Source of the DNA: Lentisphaerota bacterium
GTDB lineage: Bacteria; Verrucomicrobiota; Lentisphaeria; Victivallales; Victivallaceae
Assembly: GCA_015061745.1 (NCBI GenBank)
Contig: SUWB01000004.1
Location: 47,883-111,882 of the forward strand
Length of the DNA stretch: 64,000 nt
Reading direction: 5' to 3'
Shown here: positions 26,399 through 35,531 of the stretch, in pieces
How positions within the stretch are numbered: position 1 is the first letter of the stretch
How the letters are laid out: every line of letters starts with the position of its first letter
Made by a program: the position numbers and the translations under genes
Notes under the pieces: model-generated
What the model was told of the DNA's origin: nothing
What the model saw: only the letters and a program-made list of their open reading frames with translations
Databases searched by the model: none

Positions 26399-27117
26399 TT
26401 TTTTACAACCCTTCCTGATTGAAACTTTTTACGGAAAATGAGAAAAACGGCCGTCATCACGATCATTGCGGGGATGAGCATCTTGTCCACCGGGAAAAAA
26501 CATCTTGCCAGAAGGGCAGCCGCAAAACCGGTCAGGGCCGGAAGTTTGTTGGATTTTTCACGGAGCTGATCGGTCAGTATAACCAGAAACAATGCTGTCA
26601 TAGCAAAGTCGATCCCCCGGCAGTTGAAGGGCAGGGCACTTCCCACCAATGCTCCCAGAGATACACCGGAAACCCAATAGCAGTGATCCAGAAAGGCAAC
26701 TTTCATACAATAATCCACTGAATCCTGCTTGTCCTGCCTTTTGTCGGCACATTGCAACGCATAGGTTTCATCGGTCAAGGTCCAGATAAGATACCACTTT
26801 TTCCAGCGGGGGATTCCCTCAAAACGTTCAATGAGAGAAAATCCGTACATTGCATAACGCAAATTGAGAAACAAGGTCAGCAAGACCACATCTGTCAGGG
26901 GAATCGACTCCTTGAGCCAGTCGACCATAATGAACTGCAACGCTCCGGAGATGCTCAGGGTACTGCTGACAGTTCCCCACAAAGGCATTGCCGGAAGGGT
27001 AGGCAATGTACCTGCCAGTACGATTCCTGCGGCAGCTCCCATTGCAAGATATCCCATTAAAACAGGCAGCGTATCTTTGAAGGCACTCTGCCAATTTTTC
27101 TTTTTCATCAAAAACAT
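26395..27117 (-). CDS. azlC: branched-chain amino acid exporter AzlC
   Basis: 240-aa polytopic protein. N-terminus FKDTLPVLMGYLAMGAAAGIV is typical of the AzlC family. Confidence 0.8.
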   Translation of the reverse strand: MFLMKKKNWQSAFKDTLPVLMGYLAMGAAAGIVLAGTLPTLPAMPLWGTVSSTLSISGALQFIMVDWLKESIPLTDVVLLTLFLNLRYAMYGFSLIERFEGIPRWKKWYLIWTLTDETYALQCADKRQDKQDSVDYCMKVAFLDHCYWVSGVSLGALVGSALPFNCRGIDFAMTALFLVILTDQLREKSNKLPALTGFAAALLARCFFPVDKMLIPAMIVMTAVFLIFRKKFQSGRVVKK

Positions 27118-27142
27118 TCCTTTTTTTGCTGTACGGGTGGGA

Positions 27143-28006
27143 TCATTCTAAATTTCCGGGAATGATCTGGATCGAATTGAAAGGACAATTGAGCAAAGTT
27201 GTTATAACTTCGCATTTTGCCCGGAAAAGATAGAAAACAGGCCGTTTTAAAAGATGTTCCATAGATTCAAAGTTTCCCTGGCCCTTGGCAATGACCAGAT
27301 CCACATTGTGGAGTTTTTCAAGAAATTCCGGGCTGGAACGGGTGAATGATACTCCGGCTGTGCCGTCACCGGTATCAATGACGGGAGCAAAGTCGATGCC
27401 GGACTCCAGGGCATCCGGACGGGTGACATCGTTGAGAACCGGGATCCCTCTGACGCCGACGGTGAGTTTTTCTTTATAAGGCTCCATAAGAAGTCTGTCG
27501 ATGACAGCTTCGCCGCAATTGTCCAGCATATAGAGTATGGAATCCGCAGCATCCATACGCTTTTTCAGTTCGCTTGCGGCATTTTTGTCGTAAGGCTGAT
27601 CGAGAATTGAGGTGATGCTTTCTTCCACGGTTGACAAATCAAGATCCCGGTTGATGCCGTAGTCGATAATATTCCCTGCGGCAGCAAGACGCAAAGCCGT
27701 GTCAAAAGGATTGTCTGAAGCGTTGACGATTTCCCTCAGGCGGGGCAGAAGCTGTAATGCCAGACGAGTGGAATTGTGCTTTATTTCAGCCATCGGATCA
27801 CTGCATCCTGATTCCCGGACGTGGATGCCGCCCCACAAATGAGCCAGAACTTCAGGAGGAGTTCCCCCATTGGATGAAACATCAATAAAGGCATTGAGCA
27901 TTTCATTGGCAAGATTTTTCCGGGAGTCATTGCAGTGTCCCAGTTTTTCTGAAAGTTCAAGAATAAGCTTGAAAATACAGTCATAACATTTGAAGTCGAT
28001 TTTCAT
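27143..28006 (-). CDS. DUF89 / ARMT1-like damage-control phosphatase family protein
   Basis: DNCGEAVID and KGQGNFES motifs. Internal ATG 28006 (MKIDFKCYDC...) avoids overlap with the upstream gene. Confidence 0.75.
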   Translation of the reverse strand: MKIDFKCYDCIFKLILELSEKLGHCNDSRKNLANEMLNAFIDVSSNGGTPPEVLAHLWGGIHVRESGCSDPMAEIKHNSTRLALQLLPRLREIVNASDNPFDTALRLAAAGNIIDYGINRDLDLSTVEESITSILDQPYDKNAASELKKRMDAADSILYMLDNCGEAVIDRLLMEPYKEKLTVGVRGIPVLNDVTRPDALESGIDFAPVIDTGDGTAGVSFTRSSPEFLEKLHNVDLVIAKGQGNFESMEHLLKRPVFYLFRAKCEVITTLLNCPFNSIQIIPGNLE

Positions 28007-28046
28007 AAAAATATTTCCCGTAAAGCGCAGAAAAGGCGAAGTGTTT

Positions 28047-29093
28047 TTAACTTTGTTTTTCTCCGGATGCACTGAGGGCGAGGCCAAGCAGTATACCGCA
28101 TCCTACAAGAGAACTGCCGCCGTAGCTGATGAGAGGCAGAGTCAATCCAGTGGGAGGAAGCAGACTCAAGTTGACGCCGATGTGCAAAAGAGTCTGTATC
28201 CCGATGATGATAGCTGCTCCCGCAACAAAAAGTTTGGCATATTCCGTCAGGTCACGGCGCAGGGCTGTCATACTCAGTGCGCCAAGCATAAGCACAAAAA
28301 GCAGCAGCACCAGCAGGGCTCCGGCAAAACCGATCGTTTCTGTCAATGTGGCATAAGCGGAGTCATTGTAGGGCAGCGGCACATAAGCATTGCTCCAGAG
28401 GGCTTGGCCCAGTTTGGAACCAAACCAGCCGCCCCGGGCACTTGCCAGTTCAAGCTGCTGCAAATGCCAGGAGCTTGAGGGATTGAGAAACGCTTGTAAA
28501 CGGCCCTGAGCGTAGGGGTGGGTTTTGATGAAAAGAAAGGCTGTTCCTCCGGCAAGAACGGCACTGCCCAACAACCATTTCCAGCCTATCCCGGCAGTGA
28601 AGATCAATAAAATAAAGGTGGCAAGGTAGATGAAAGATGTTCCGAAATCCGGTTGTATGAGAATTGCTCCCAGCCAGAGCAGGGTATAACCGAGACCTGC
28701 AATATATTGCAGACTTTCTTTTTGAAAGTGTTTGAGAATAAAAACAGCCCCCAAAAGGAAAAAGCCTTTGGCGATCTCAGTGGGCTGCAAACTGAATGAT
28801 CCGTAACGGAACCAACCGCACATACCGTTGATCCGGGTACCGCATAAGGGCAGAATCAGAACCGCCAAAAGGGAGATTCCTGCCAATAAAAGGGCGTTTT
28901 TGCGGAAAAATGAGAAAGGAACAGCCCCGCAGAGCAGCATAAGTACCAATGCTGTAACAAAGGCAAACAGCTGCCTGATGACCAGATAATAAGGAGAGGC
29001 GGCTTCGCTTTGAGAACTCATAATGGTGAGCAGCCCGAAAAAACTGAGCAGGATCATCGAAAAAACAATTGTACCGCGGAGTGAAAATTTCAT
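28047..29093 (-). CDS. rodA: SEDS-family peptidoglycan polymerase (RodA/FtsW/SpoVE)
   Basis: About 10 TM helices. QPTEIAKGFFLL and the C-terminal LPLISYGGSSLV are canonical SEDS motifs. Coupled to a PBP2-like N-terminal-domain gene. Confidence 0.85.
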   Translation of the reverse strand: MKFSLRGTIVFSMILLSFFGLLTIMSSQSEAASPYYLVIRQLFAFVTALVLMLLCGAVPFSFFRKNALLLAGISLLAVLILPLCGTRINGMCGWFRYGSFSLQPTEIAKGFFLLGAVFILKHFQKESLQYIAGLGYTLLWLGAILIQPDFGTSFIYLATFILLIFTAGIGWKWLLGSAVLAGGTAFLFIKTHPYAQGRLQAFLNPSSSWHLQQLELASARGGWFGSKLGQALWSNAYVPLPYNDSAYATLTETIGFAGALLVLLLFVLMLGALSMTALRRDLTEYAKLFVAGAAIIIGIQTLLHIGVNLSLLPPTGLTLPLISYGGSSLVGCGILLGLALSASGEKQS

Positions 29094-29779
29094 AATGCCG
29101 GCTCCGTGTATTTTTGTTCAAGTTCTTCCAGAGTCTCCTTGAGTTTCAAATCTTTGCCGTTTGAAGGCGGCGCGATCAGTTTGAAACTTTTAGGCATATA
29201 GTTTCCAAAGCGGTCAAGCAATACAGAAAAACGTCCCGGGAGACCGCGTAAAAGCAATTCATTTTCCAACTCCCAACCGCTGATGCCGCATTGGACTCCG
29301 TTACGCAGGGCAACTTTGCCCGCAAGACGGCGCACTGTGTCTGAATTGCAGACAACTCTTTCGTGACGGACGCGAATCTGCAAAGGGGCTCCTTTCAGCA
29401 ATAAAGGTTCAAGGGCGATGACTTCATCCGGACGCAAGTGACGCCGCAACGGAGTTGAGGGAGGAACGCTGAAGTCCAGTTTCCCGAACATTTCAATAAG
29501 GGCGTGCTGTTCATCTTCGCCGAGCTCAGATTCTCCGGCTTCCTTATAGTGCAAATCGCAGTAAAGTTCGCTCCATACCAGAACTTTTCCTTTGCGGTCG
29601 AGGATCCTGCCTCTTTTGGCAGGCAGGCTCCGCCAGGTACGGGCAAATTTTTCTCCTCTGGCAAGTATCGTTTCACGGTCGGGACCTGCCAGACGGCAGC
29701 CTTTGACTGCGCAGCACAGAAATCCGGCACTGAAAGAAAGCAGGAGAAATAAAAATCTTGTATGATTCATTGTCTGCAT
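29090..29779 (-). CDS. membrane-anchored protein resembling only the N-terminal pedestal/dimerisation domain of PBP2 (no transpeptidase domain)
   Basis: N-terminal TM helix (FLFLLLSFSAGFLCCAV). RGRILDRKGKVLVWS and GISGWELENELLLRGLPGRFSVLLDRFGNY match PBP2/FtsI N-domain motifs. The ORF ends at ~229 aa with no SxxK, SxN or KTG. 4-nt overlap with rodA. Confidence 0.55.
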   Translation of the reverse strand: MQTMNHTRFLFLLLSFSAGFLCCAVKGCRLAGPDRETILARGEKFARTWRSLPAKRGRILDRKGKVLVWSELYCDLHYKEAGESELGEDEQHALIEMFGKLDFSVPPSTPLRRHLRPDEVIALEPLLLKGAPLQIRVRHERVVCNSDTVRRLAGKVALRNGVQCGISGWELENELLLRGLPGRFSVLLDRFGNYMPKSFKLIAPPSNGKDLKLKETLEELEQKYTEPAL

Positions 29780-29786
29780 AGCCTGT

Positions 29787-31046
29787 TTACCTGTTTTTTC
29801 TTCCAACTCCCGGCGGAGGAACCCGCCGGGCAACATACAGCATAGCCGGAATCATAAGAAAATAAAAGCAGCCTGCTATCAGAAAGAGTCCGTGGACTCC
29901 CCCCAATGCAACAGCGATGCCGCCTCCTGCAAAAGAACCGGTCATCCACCCGGTCGAACGGGCCGTCGCCGACCAGCCAAGCATCTTGCTGTGATTATGG
30001 GGACGGGTCACTCCGGCCAGCCAAGCCTGAAAAAGCGGTTCCATACCGCCTCCCGCCAGAACTTGAACAAAGCGTTCGATCATAACGATTTCCGGAGTCG
30101 GAGAAAAGGCCAGAAGCAGCCGCATACTGCCCGCAATGGCAATGACACAGGCAAGAACTTTGAGCAGAGGCAGTTTGCTTGCCGCATACCCCAGTATAAG
30201 CCCGGAAAGCATACCGGCCAGAGCACACATCCCATTGATCCAGCCTGTCCAGCGTAAAGCATCTTTGGACTCTTTGACAACTTCCATCACCAACTGGGGC
30301 AGAAAGGGACCGTCAATATCCCTGGAAAATCCCATAAAAACAAAGAGCAAAAGCAGCAGTCCCGCATTGCCGAAACGGGGGAGACGGAATTTGAATGCGG
30401 TGTTCCGGAGCTTTTTTTTGCGGACAACGGGGTGGAAGTTTTCTTTTGTAAAGAGTATCAGAAGCGTACTGATCCCCAGAAGTACGCCGCACCACATAAA
30501 GGTTTGAAAAAAGCCCAGACGGTTGACCAATTCTCCTCCGAGGAACTGACCGCCCATTATACCGGCAAACATTCCGGCTGAAGCTGCTCCAAGTGAAATC
30601 GTTAAGTGTTTTTCAGGCGTCGTCGTTACGATCAGAGTTTGAGCCGCTGTTACGGTTCCCACCAAAGCTCCCAGAGCCAAACGATGCCAGATCATTAACG
30701 CCGGATCAGCAATAAAAGCCATAAGGGGAGTCAGGATCGCTCCCCCGAATGTTGCCCGCAGCAGCATCATTTTTCTGCCGTAACGATCTCCGAGAATACC
30801 CCAGATAGGGGCGAAAATACAGAAACTCAAGTTTCCGGCCACATTGTAGAGGGCGACATACATCGAAAGCTCCCCCTGATCCTTGATCATAGCCACATCT
30901 TTGAACCAGAAAGGCATAAAAGTCATCGCTGAACAGAATGCCAATTGTCCAAAGAATTGGGCTATGGTTACGAGGATCACATTCCTGAGCCAGAAAGAGT
31001 TGTTTTTTTCCAGTTGGATCTCAACAGTTGTTCCGGAGTCGGACAT
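29787..31046 (-). CDS. MFS transporter
   Basis: 12 predicted TM helices. GDRYGRK loop motif between TM2 and TM3. Confidence 0.85.
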   Translation of the reverse strand: MSDSGTTVEIQLEKNNSFWLRNVILVTIAQFFGQLAFCSAMTFMPFWFKDVAMIKDQGELSMYVALYNVAGNLSFCIFAPIWGILGDRYGRKMMLLRATFGGAILTPLMAFIADPALMIWHRLALGALVGTVTAAQTLIVTTTPEKHLTISLGAASAGMFAGIMGGQFLGGELVNRLGFFQTFMWCGVLLGISTLLILFTKENFHPVVRKKKLRNTAFKFRLPRFGNAGLLLLLFVFMGFSRDIDGPFLPQLVMEVVKESKDALRWTGWINGMCALAGMLSGLILGYAASKLPLLKVLACVIAIAGSMRLLLAFSPTPEIVMIERFVQVLAGGGMEPLFQAWLAGVTRPHNHSKMLGWSATARSTGWMTGSFAGGGIAVALGGVHGLFLIAGCFYFLMIPAMLYVARRVPPPGVGRKNR

Positions 31047-31107
31047 ACTTTTGGGGTAATTCCTTTACTTTGGCACGAGAGTTTTTGCTGGCAAAGCAAA
31101 ACGTTGA

Positions 31108-31578
31108 TCACTCCTCTGTGATAATTCCGTCAAGGGCACTCCAGGCAAGATTCCCTTGAGGTGTACATTTGCACTCTTTTTGATTGCGGTTGACACCACA
31201 TACGGGACACAGGCCTTTGCACTCCTCATCACACAGAGGATTCATAGGCAGTTCAATAAGCAACTCATCCCGGATATCGGCTGTAATGTCGAGTTCTTCA
31301 TCGGTGATATCTTCTTTGGCATAATAAAGTTCGATATCTTCATTGCTTATTTCCAGTTCCACGGGAGTCAGACAGCGGCCGCAGCAGCTTTTGACTCTGC
31401 CTGAAACGCTGCCGTTGACCAGTATGGAACCTGCGGCGGCTTTTACATTCAATGTATAAGTGACATCCTCTGTTGCGGTGTATTGGTCATCTGCCGGAAG
31501 GTCCCAGAATTCAGGCCCTTCGCTGCCTTCGAGCAATATGGGTTCTTTTTCCACCCGGCTTACGGAAAATTTGATCAT
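31108..31578 (-). CDS. yceD: YceD/DUF177 family protein (large-subunit rRNA accumulation protein)
   Basis: 156 aa, acidic. Carries CCGRC...CKGLCPVCGVNRNQKECKC, the typical DUF177 Cys pattern. Confidence 0.8.
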   Translation of the reverse strand: MIKFSVSRVEKEPILLEGSEGPEFWDLPADDQYTATEDVTYTLNVKAAAGSILVNGSVSGRVKSCCGRCLTPVELEISNEDIELYYAKEDITDEELDITADIRDELLIELPMNPLCDEECKGLCPVCGVNRNQKECKCTPQGNLAWSALDGIITEE

Positions 31579-31602
31579 AGTCAGCCTCTTTTCAGATAGT
31601 GA

Positions 31603-33426
31603 TTATTTACCGTAGACGGGAGTGAGGACTTCCAGCAGCCGGGCACACTCTTCCGGAGTGCCGATCGTGATCCGGACATATTTGCCCTCTGCTGCTTTGG
31701 GGAAGTAACGCACCACGACGGCGGATTCACGCAGAAGTTTGAAGCAGCGTTCACCATTCTGATCCGGCGGGGAAACGAAAAGGAAGTTTGCTTCTGAAGG
31801 AATGATCTTGAAGCCTAAAGCCGCCAAGTCTGCTGCCAGGGCGTTGCGCTGAGCGATAACGGCGGCACAACGGCTGTTGAAGTATTCCCGATCGGTGAAG
31901 GCAGCTTCTGCAATCGTCTGGCTGATCATATCCACATTGTAAGAGTCTTTGAGCTTCATAAGACCGTCAATAAGTTCTTTTGAGCCCACGGCATATCCCA
32001 GACGGAGCCCGGCAAGACCATAACTCTTGGACATTGTACGCATTACGAGAACATTTGGGAAAAGTGTGGCAAATTCCATACAGTTGTCGGCACTGAAATC
32101 GCCGTAGGCTTCGTCAATGACCACAATACCGTTGAATTCACGGCAGAGTTTCCGGACATCTTCTTTGGAAAAAGCGTTGCCCGTAGGAGCATTGGGCCGG
32201 GGGAAAATCAGCAGATTGGCACCCTCTGCCTGAGCAAGAAAATCTCCCGGCAGATCAAAATTGCGTTCTTCGTCCAAATCAATCTTGATGACCTTTGCCC
32301 CTTGCATCGCCGCAAGAACAGGATAGAGGGAATAGGTCGGTTCCGGGATCGCCACAGGCAGTTCGGGAGAGGTGAAAGCACGGAAAATCATCGTCAGAAG
32401 ATCATCGGAACCATTGCCCACAATGATATTTTCACGTTTGACACCATTGACCGCAGCAAAAGCATCCCGGAGTTTGTCTGCACAGGGATCGGGGTAACGG
32501 TTGAGCCGTTTCCAGTCAAATTCCCGCCAGGCTTTTTCAACGGCAGGGGAGGGAGGCCAGGGATTTTCATTGGTATTGAGTTTGACCAGATTGGTGAATT
32601 TGGGCTGTTCACCGGGGGCATAGCCTTCGAGAGCATCTATTTCTGCTCTGAAATAGGACTTCTGGGGCCACCGGCGTTCATTTTTATCCCGGGCAACTGT
32701 ACGCCGGATAGCGGTACAAGGGGCAATGGGAGAAAGTGCTTTGATAAAACGCTCAAAGGTTTTTTCGTCGGGAACAGGGATATTTTCCACCGTGCCGGGA
32801 CGGTCGAGAGAGTTCAATTCAATGGAGTCAAGACGCATTTTTCCGAGCAGAGAGGCAAATCGGGCAACGGATTCTTCAGAGTCATTGATTCCGGGGACGA
32901 TAAAAAGTTCCAGTCTGATCTGAGCAGGGCACTGTTGGGTGAATGCTGTCAACTTTGAGGTGAATTCATCAAAAGTAATACTTGCTTCCGGGCGGTTGAT
33001 CGCTTTGAGTTCAGCTTCGTTTGAACCGTCGAAAGAGGGGACGATCAAGTCCGCTTTGTTGAGATCCTGCCACAATGATTCATCCTGAAGTGCGACAGCA
33101 TTGGTGAGCAGACAGAGTTTGTATCCGGGATGTTTGCTTTTGATGTGACAGATGATATCGGTGATTCCGGAGTGAAGCATCGGTTCTCCGGCACCGGAAA
33201 AGGTAATAAAGTCGATTTCAGGCTTGGCTGAAAGCACTTCGTCAAGTTCCCGTATGACTTCAGCAGTGGGGACATATTCTTTGCGGCAGCAGGTGAGATC
33301 AGTTGTTGCTTTGGCTTCGCAGTAAATGCAGTCCAGTTGACAGGTTTTGGGGGGAATGAGAGAAACTCCCAGAGATCTGCCGAGCCGCCGTGAGTTTAAG
33401 GGTCCGAAAACATATTTTCCGTTCAT
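31603..33426 (-). CDS. fusion protein: N-terminal radical-SAM domain plus C-terminal histidinol-phosphate aminotransferase (HisC-like)
   Basis: N-terminal part: GPLNSRRLGRSLGVSLIPPKTCQLDCIYCE (CxxxCxxC). C-terminal part from about residue 255: LNTNENPWPPSP, IVGNGSDDL, VVIDEAYGDF, RTMSKSYGLAGLRLGY (PLP lysine). Confidence 0.85.
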   Translation of the reverse strand: MNGKYVFGPLNSRRLGRSLGVSLIPPKTCQLDCIYCEAKATTDLTCCRKEYVPTAEVIRELDEVLSAKPEIDFITFSGAGEPMLHSGITDIICHIKSKHPGYKLCLLTNAVALQDESLWQDLNKADLIVPSFDGSNEAELKAINRPEASITFDEFTSKLTAFTQQCPAQIRLELFIVPGINDSEESVARFASLLGKMRLDSIELNSLDRPGTVENIPVPDEKTFERFIKALSPIAPCTAIRRTVARDKNERRWPQKSYFRAEIDALEGYAPGEQPKFTNLVKLNTNENPWPPSPAVEKAWREFDWKRLNRYPDPCADKLRDAFAAVNGVKRENIIVGNGSDDLLTMIFRAFTSPELPVAIPEPTYSLYPVLAAMQGAKVIKIDLDEERNFDLPGDFLAQAEGANLLIFPRPNAPTGNAFSKEDVRKLCREFNGIVVIDEAYGDFSADNCMEFATLFPNVLVMRTMSKSYGLAGLRLGYAVGSKELIDGLMKLKDSYNVDMISQTIAEAAFTDREYFNSRCAAVIAQRNALAADLAALGFKIIPSEANFLFVSPPDQNGERCFKLLRESAVVVRYFPKAAEGKYVRITIGTPEECARLLEVLTPVYGK

Positions 33427-33449
33427 TTTATTTTTATCCTTGCAATGGT

Positions 33450-34148
33450 TTAGATATTTTCAGCTTTTTGCAGTTTGCCTTTGGAAAGTTCCACGGTCAC
33501 ATCTGCAAATTTGCACAAATCCCGGTTATGGGTGATCATAATAATAGATTGATTTTTTTGCCGTTCAGCGCGGAGCGAGCAAAATAAATCCATAATAGCG
33601 GCACCAGTGGCTTCGTCCAGATTGCCGGTAGGTTCATCTGCGAGCAGCAGCGGCGGATCGTTGACCAGAGCCCTGGCTACCGCAGAACGCTGCTGTTCAC
33701 CGCCGGAAAGTTCAGACGGACGGTGAAACCTGCGGTGAGAAAGACCGACCCGCTCCAACAGGTAGTCCGCCTTTTCTCCGGCATCTCCGGCAGATAATCC
33801 ATTGAGTCTTGCTGCCATCATCACATTTTCACGGATGCTCAATTCAGGGAGCAGACAATAGGACTGAAAGATGAAACCAATCGTTGCGGAGCGGAATCTT
33901 GCACACTCCCGGCGGCTCATTGAGGAGAGAAGTTTACCCCCCACTTCTATGGAGCCTGAGTCGCATTTTTCAAGTGTTCCTATCAGATTGAGCAAGGTTG
34001 TTTTTCCGCTGCCGGAGGCTCCGAGGATACAGCACCACTTGTCCTCTTGCAATTCAAAGTTGACGCCGTGGAGTACTTCAATACGTTTTTTGCCGATAGA
34101 GTACCCGTGATGCACATCTTGCAGTTTGACGATATTTTTACCAGACAT
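33450..34148 (-). CDS. lolD: lipoprotein-releasing system ATP-binding protein LolD-like
   Basis: [24 protein letters not shown] and [12 protein letters not shown]. Adjacent to a LolC/E-type permease. Confidence 0.8.
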   Translation of the reverse strand: MSGKNIVKLQDVHHGYSIGKKRIEVLHGVNFELQEDKWCCILGASGSGKTTLLNLIGTLEKCDSGSIEVGGKLLSSMSRRECARFRSATIGFIFQSYCLLPELSIRENVMMAARLNGLSAGDAGEKADYLLERVGLSHRRFHRPSELSGGEQQRSAVARALVNDPPLLLADEPTGNLDEATGAAIMDLFCSLRAERQKNQSIIMITHNRDLCKFADVTVELSKGKLQKAENI

Positions 34149-34163
34149 AAATCTTTTTCCTTA

Positions 34164-35423
34164 TCAGTAACGCAGGGCATCGGCCGGGGCCAGACGGGCG
34201 GCACGCAATGCGGGGAGCAGAGCCCCCAGTGTACAGAGCAGAACACTTGATACCACGATGAACAGCACATCTTCCGGCACGATCATCGCCGGCAGATCGC
34301 TGAAATAGTAAAAGCGTTTCGGGAAAAGTTCAGTCCCGGAAATCCTGGAGGCCAACGCCAGAATGTCATTTCTGAAAGCTATGACCAGAGAACCTGTAAT
34401 AACACCTGCCACACTGCCGATGAGGCCGATCAGAAATCCCTGAAAGACGAAAACCAGAGTAACGCTCCGGTCAGTCATCCCCAGGGCTTTGAGCATACCG
34501 ATTTCCCGGGTTTTCTGATAAATGGAGGTAATGAGGGTGTTTGCAATGCTGAATGCGGCAACAAGGACGATAAAGATAAGCAAAAAGAACATCATCCTTT
34601 TTTCCACCGCAAGCACACCGAGAAGCTGCTGATTCTGTTCTTCCCAGGAAACGACCCGGTAGGCCGGGAGTTCTGTCTTGAGTTTTTCCAGAAGTTTATC
34701 CTGCTTAAAGGGATCGGGACTCCAGCCGAGCACTGCACTGGCACTTCCCCAGTCAAAATTAAAAAGTTCTGCTGCGGTGTCGATATCCGAAAAGACCACC
34801 ATACGGTCAAAATCATATTTGCCCACTTCGTAGATCCCTTTGATCGTAAATTCGGTAGGCAGATAGGCAGAGGCTTTGTCGTTGAGCTTGACACCGCCCC
34901 CTTTGACAAAGGTGACAAGGCCGGTCAGTTTCTTGGCAGAATGGATCATCACCTTGTCACCGACGCCTAAACGCCAGCGCATAGCGATATCCCGGCTGAT
35001 GATGAGGCCCTTGTTGTCAAAATCAAGTTCCCCCTCTACGAGTATTGTTTTCCAGTCAAACTGCTTTTTCAGATCTTCAGCATTGACACCGAAGATCATA
35101 ATGCCGGGATCAAGGGAGCCTTTATACTGGGCAAGAACAGGACCTTGCATAACCGGACAGGCCCGGCCGCCGGACTGCTTGACTGTCTCAACGATTTTTG
35201 AAGGATCAGTGATGACATAGGCACGGTCATCGATCTGAAAGTGAGCCTGGGTTTCGACCAGTTTTTGCTTCATTCTTTCGGTGAAGCCGGTCATAACCGC
35301 AAGCACCACCATAAGGACTGTGACTCCGAGAATGACACCCACAAGGCTGGTCACGGTAATAAGAGAAACTGCACTGCGCCGGGGACGCAGATGACGCAGT
35401 GCTAAAAAAAGTTCTGTCCGCAT
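34164..35423 (-). CDS. LolC/LolE-family (FtsX-like) lipoprotein-release permease
   Basis: 419 aa with an N-terminal TM helix, a large periplasmic domain, three C-terminal TM helices and a C-terminal ARLAPADALRY. Confidence 0.8.
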   Translation of the reverse strand: MRTELFLALRHLRPRRSAVSLITVTSLVGVILGVTVLMVVLAVMTGFTERMKQKLVETQAHFQIDDRAYVITDPSKIVETVKQSGGRACPVMQGPVLAQYKGSLDPGIMIFGVNAEDLKKQFDWKTILVEGELDFDNKGLIISRDIAMRWRLGVGDKVMIHSAKKLTGLVTFVKGGGVKLNDKASAYLPTEFTIKGIYEVGKYDFDRMVVFSDIDTAAELFNFDWGSASAVLGWSPDPFKQDKLLEKLKTELPAYRVVSWEEQNQQLLGVLAVEKRMMFFLLIFIVLVAAFSIANTLITSIYQKTREIGMLKALGMTDRSVTLVFVFQGFLIGLIGSVAGVITGSLVIAFRNDILALASRISGTELFPKRFYYFSDLPAMIVPEDVLFIVVSSVLLCTLGALLPALRAARLAPADALRY

Positions 35424-35478
35424 TAGATTTTACTCCTGATTCAGAGGCTTGAAATTATCCAGAAAAAACACTTTCTAT

Positions 35479-35507
35479 AATATACTTGTGCAATGGAGTC
35501 TTTTCAA
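35479..35507 (-). promoter_or_regulatory. sigma70-like promoter for the lol operon (TTGAAA-17-TATATT)
   Basis: Minus strand reads gggacTTGAAAagactccattgcacaagTATATT. Confidence 0.55.
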
Positions 35508-35531
35508 GTCCCTGAACAGGAGTTTGAACAC

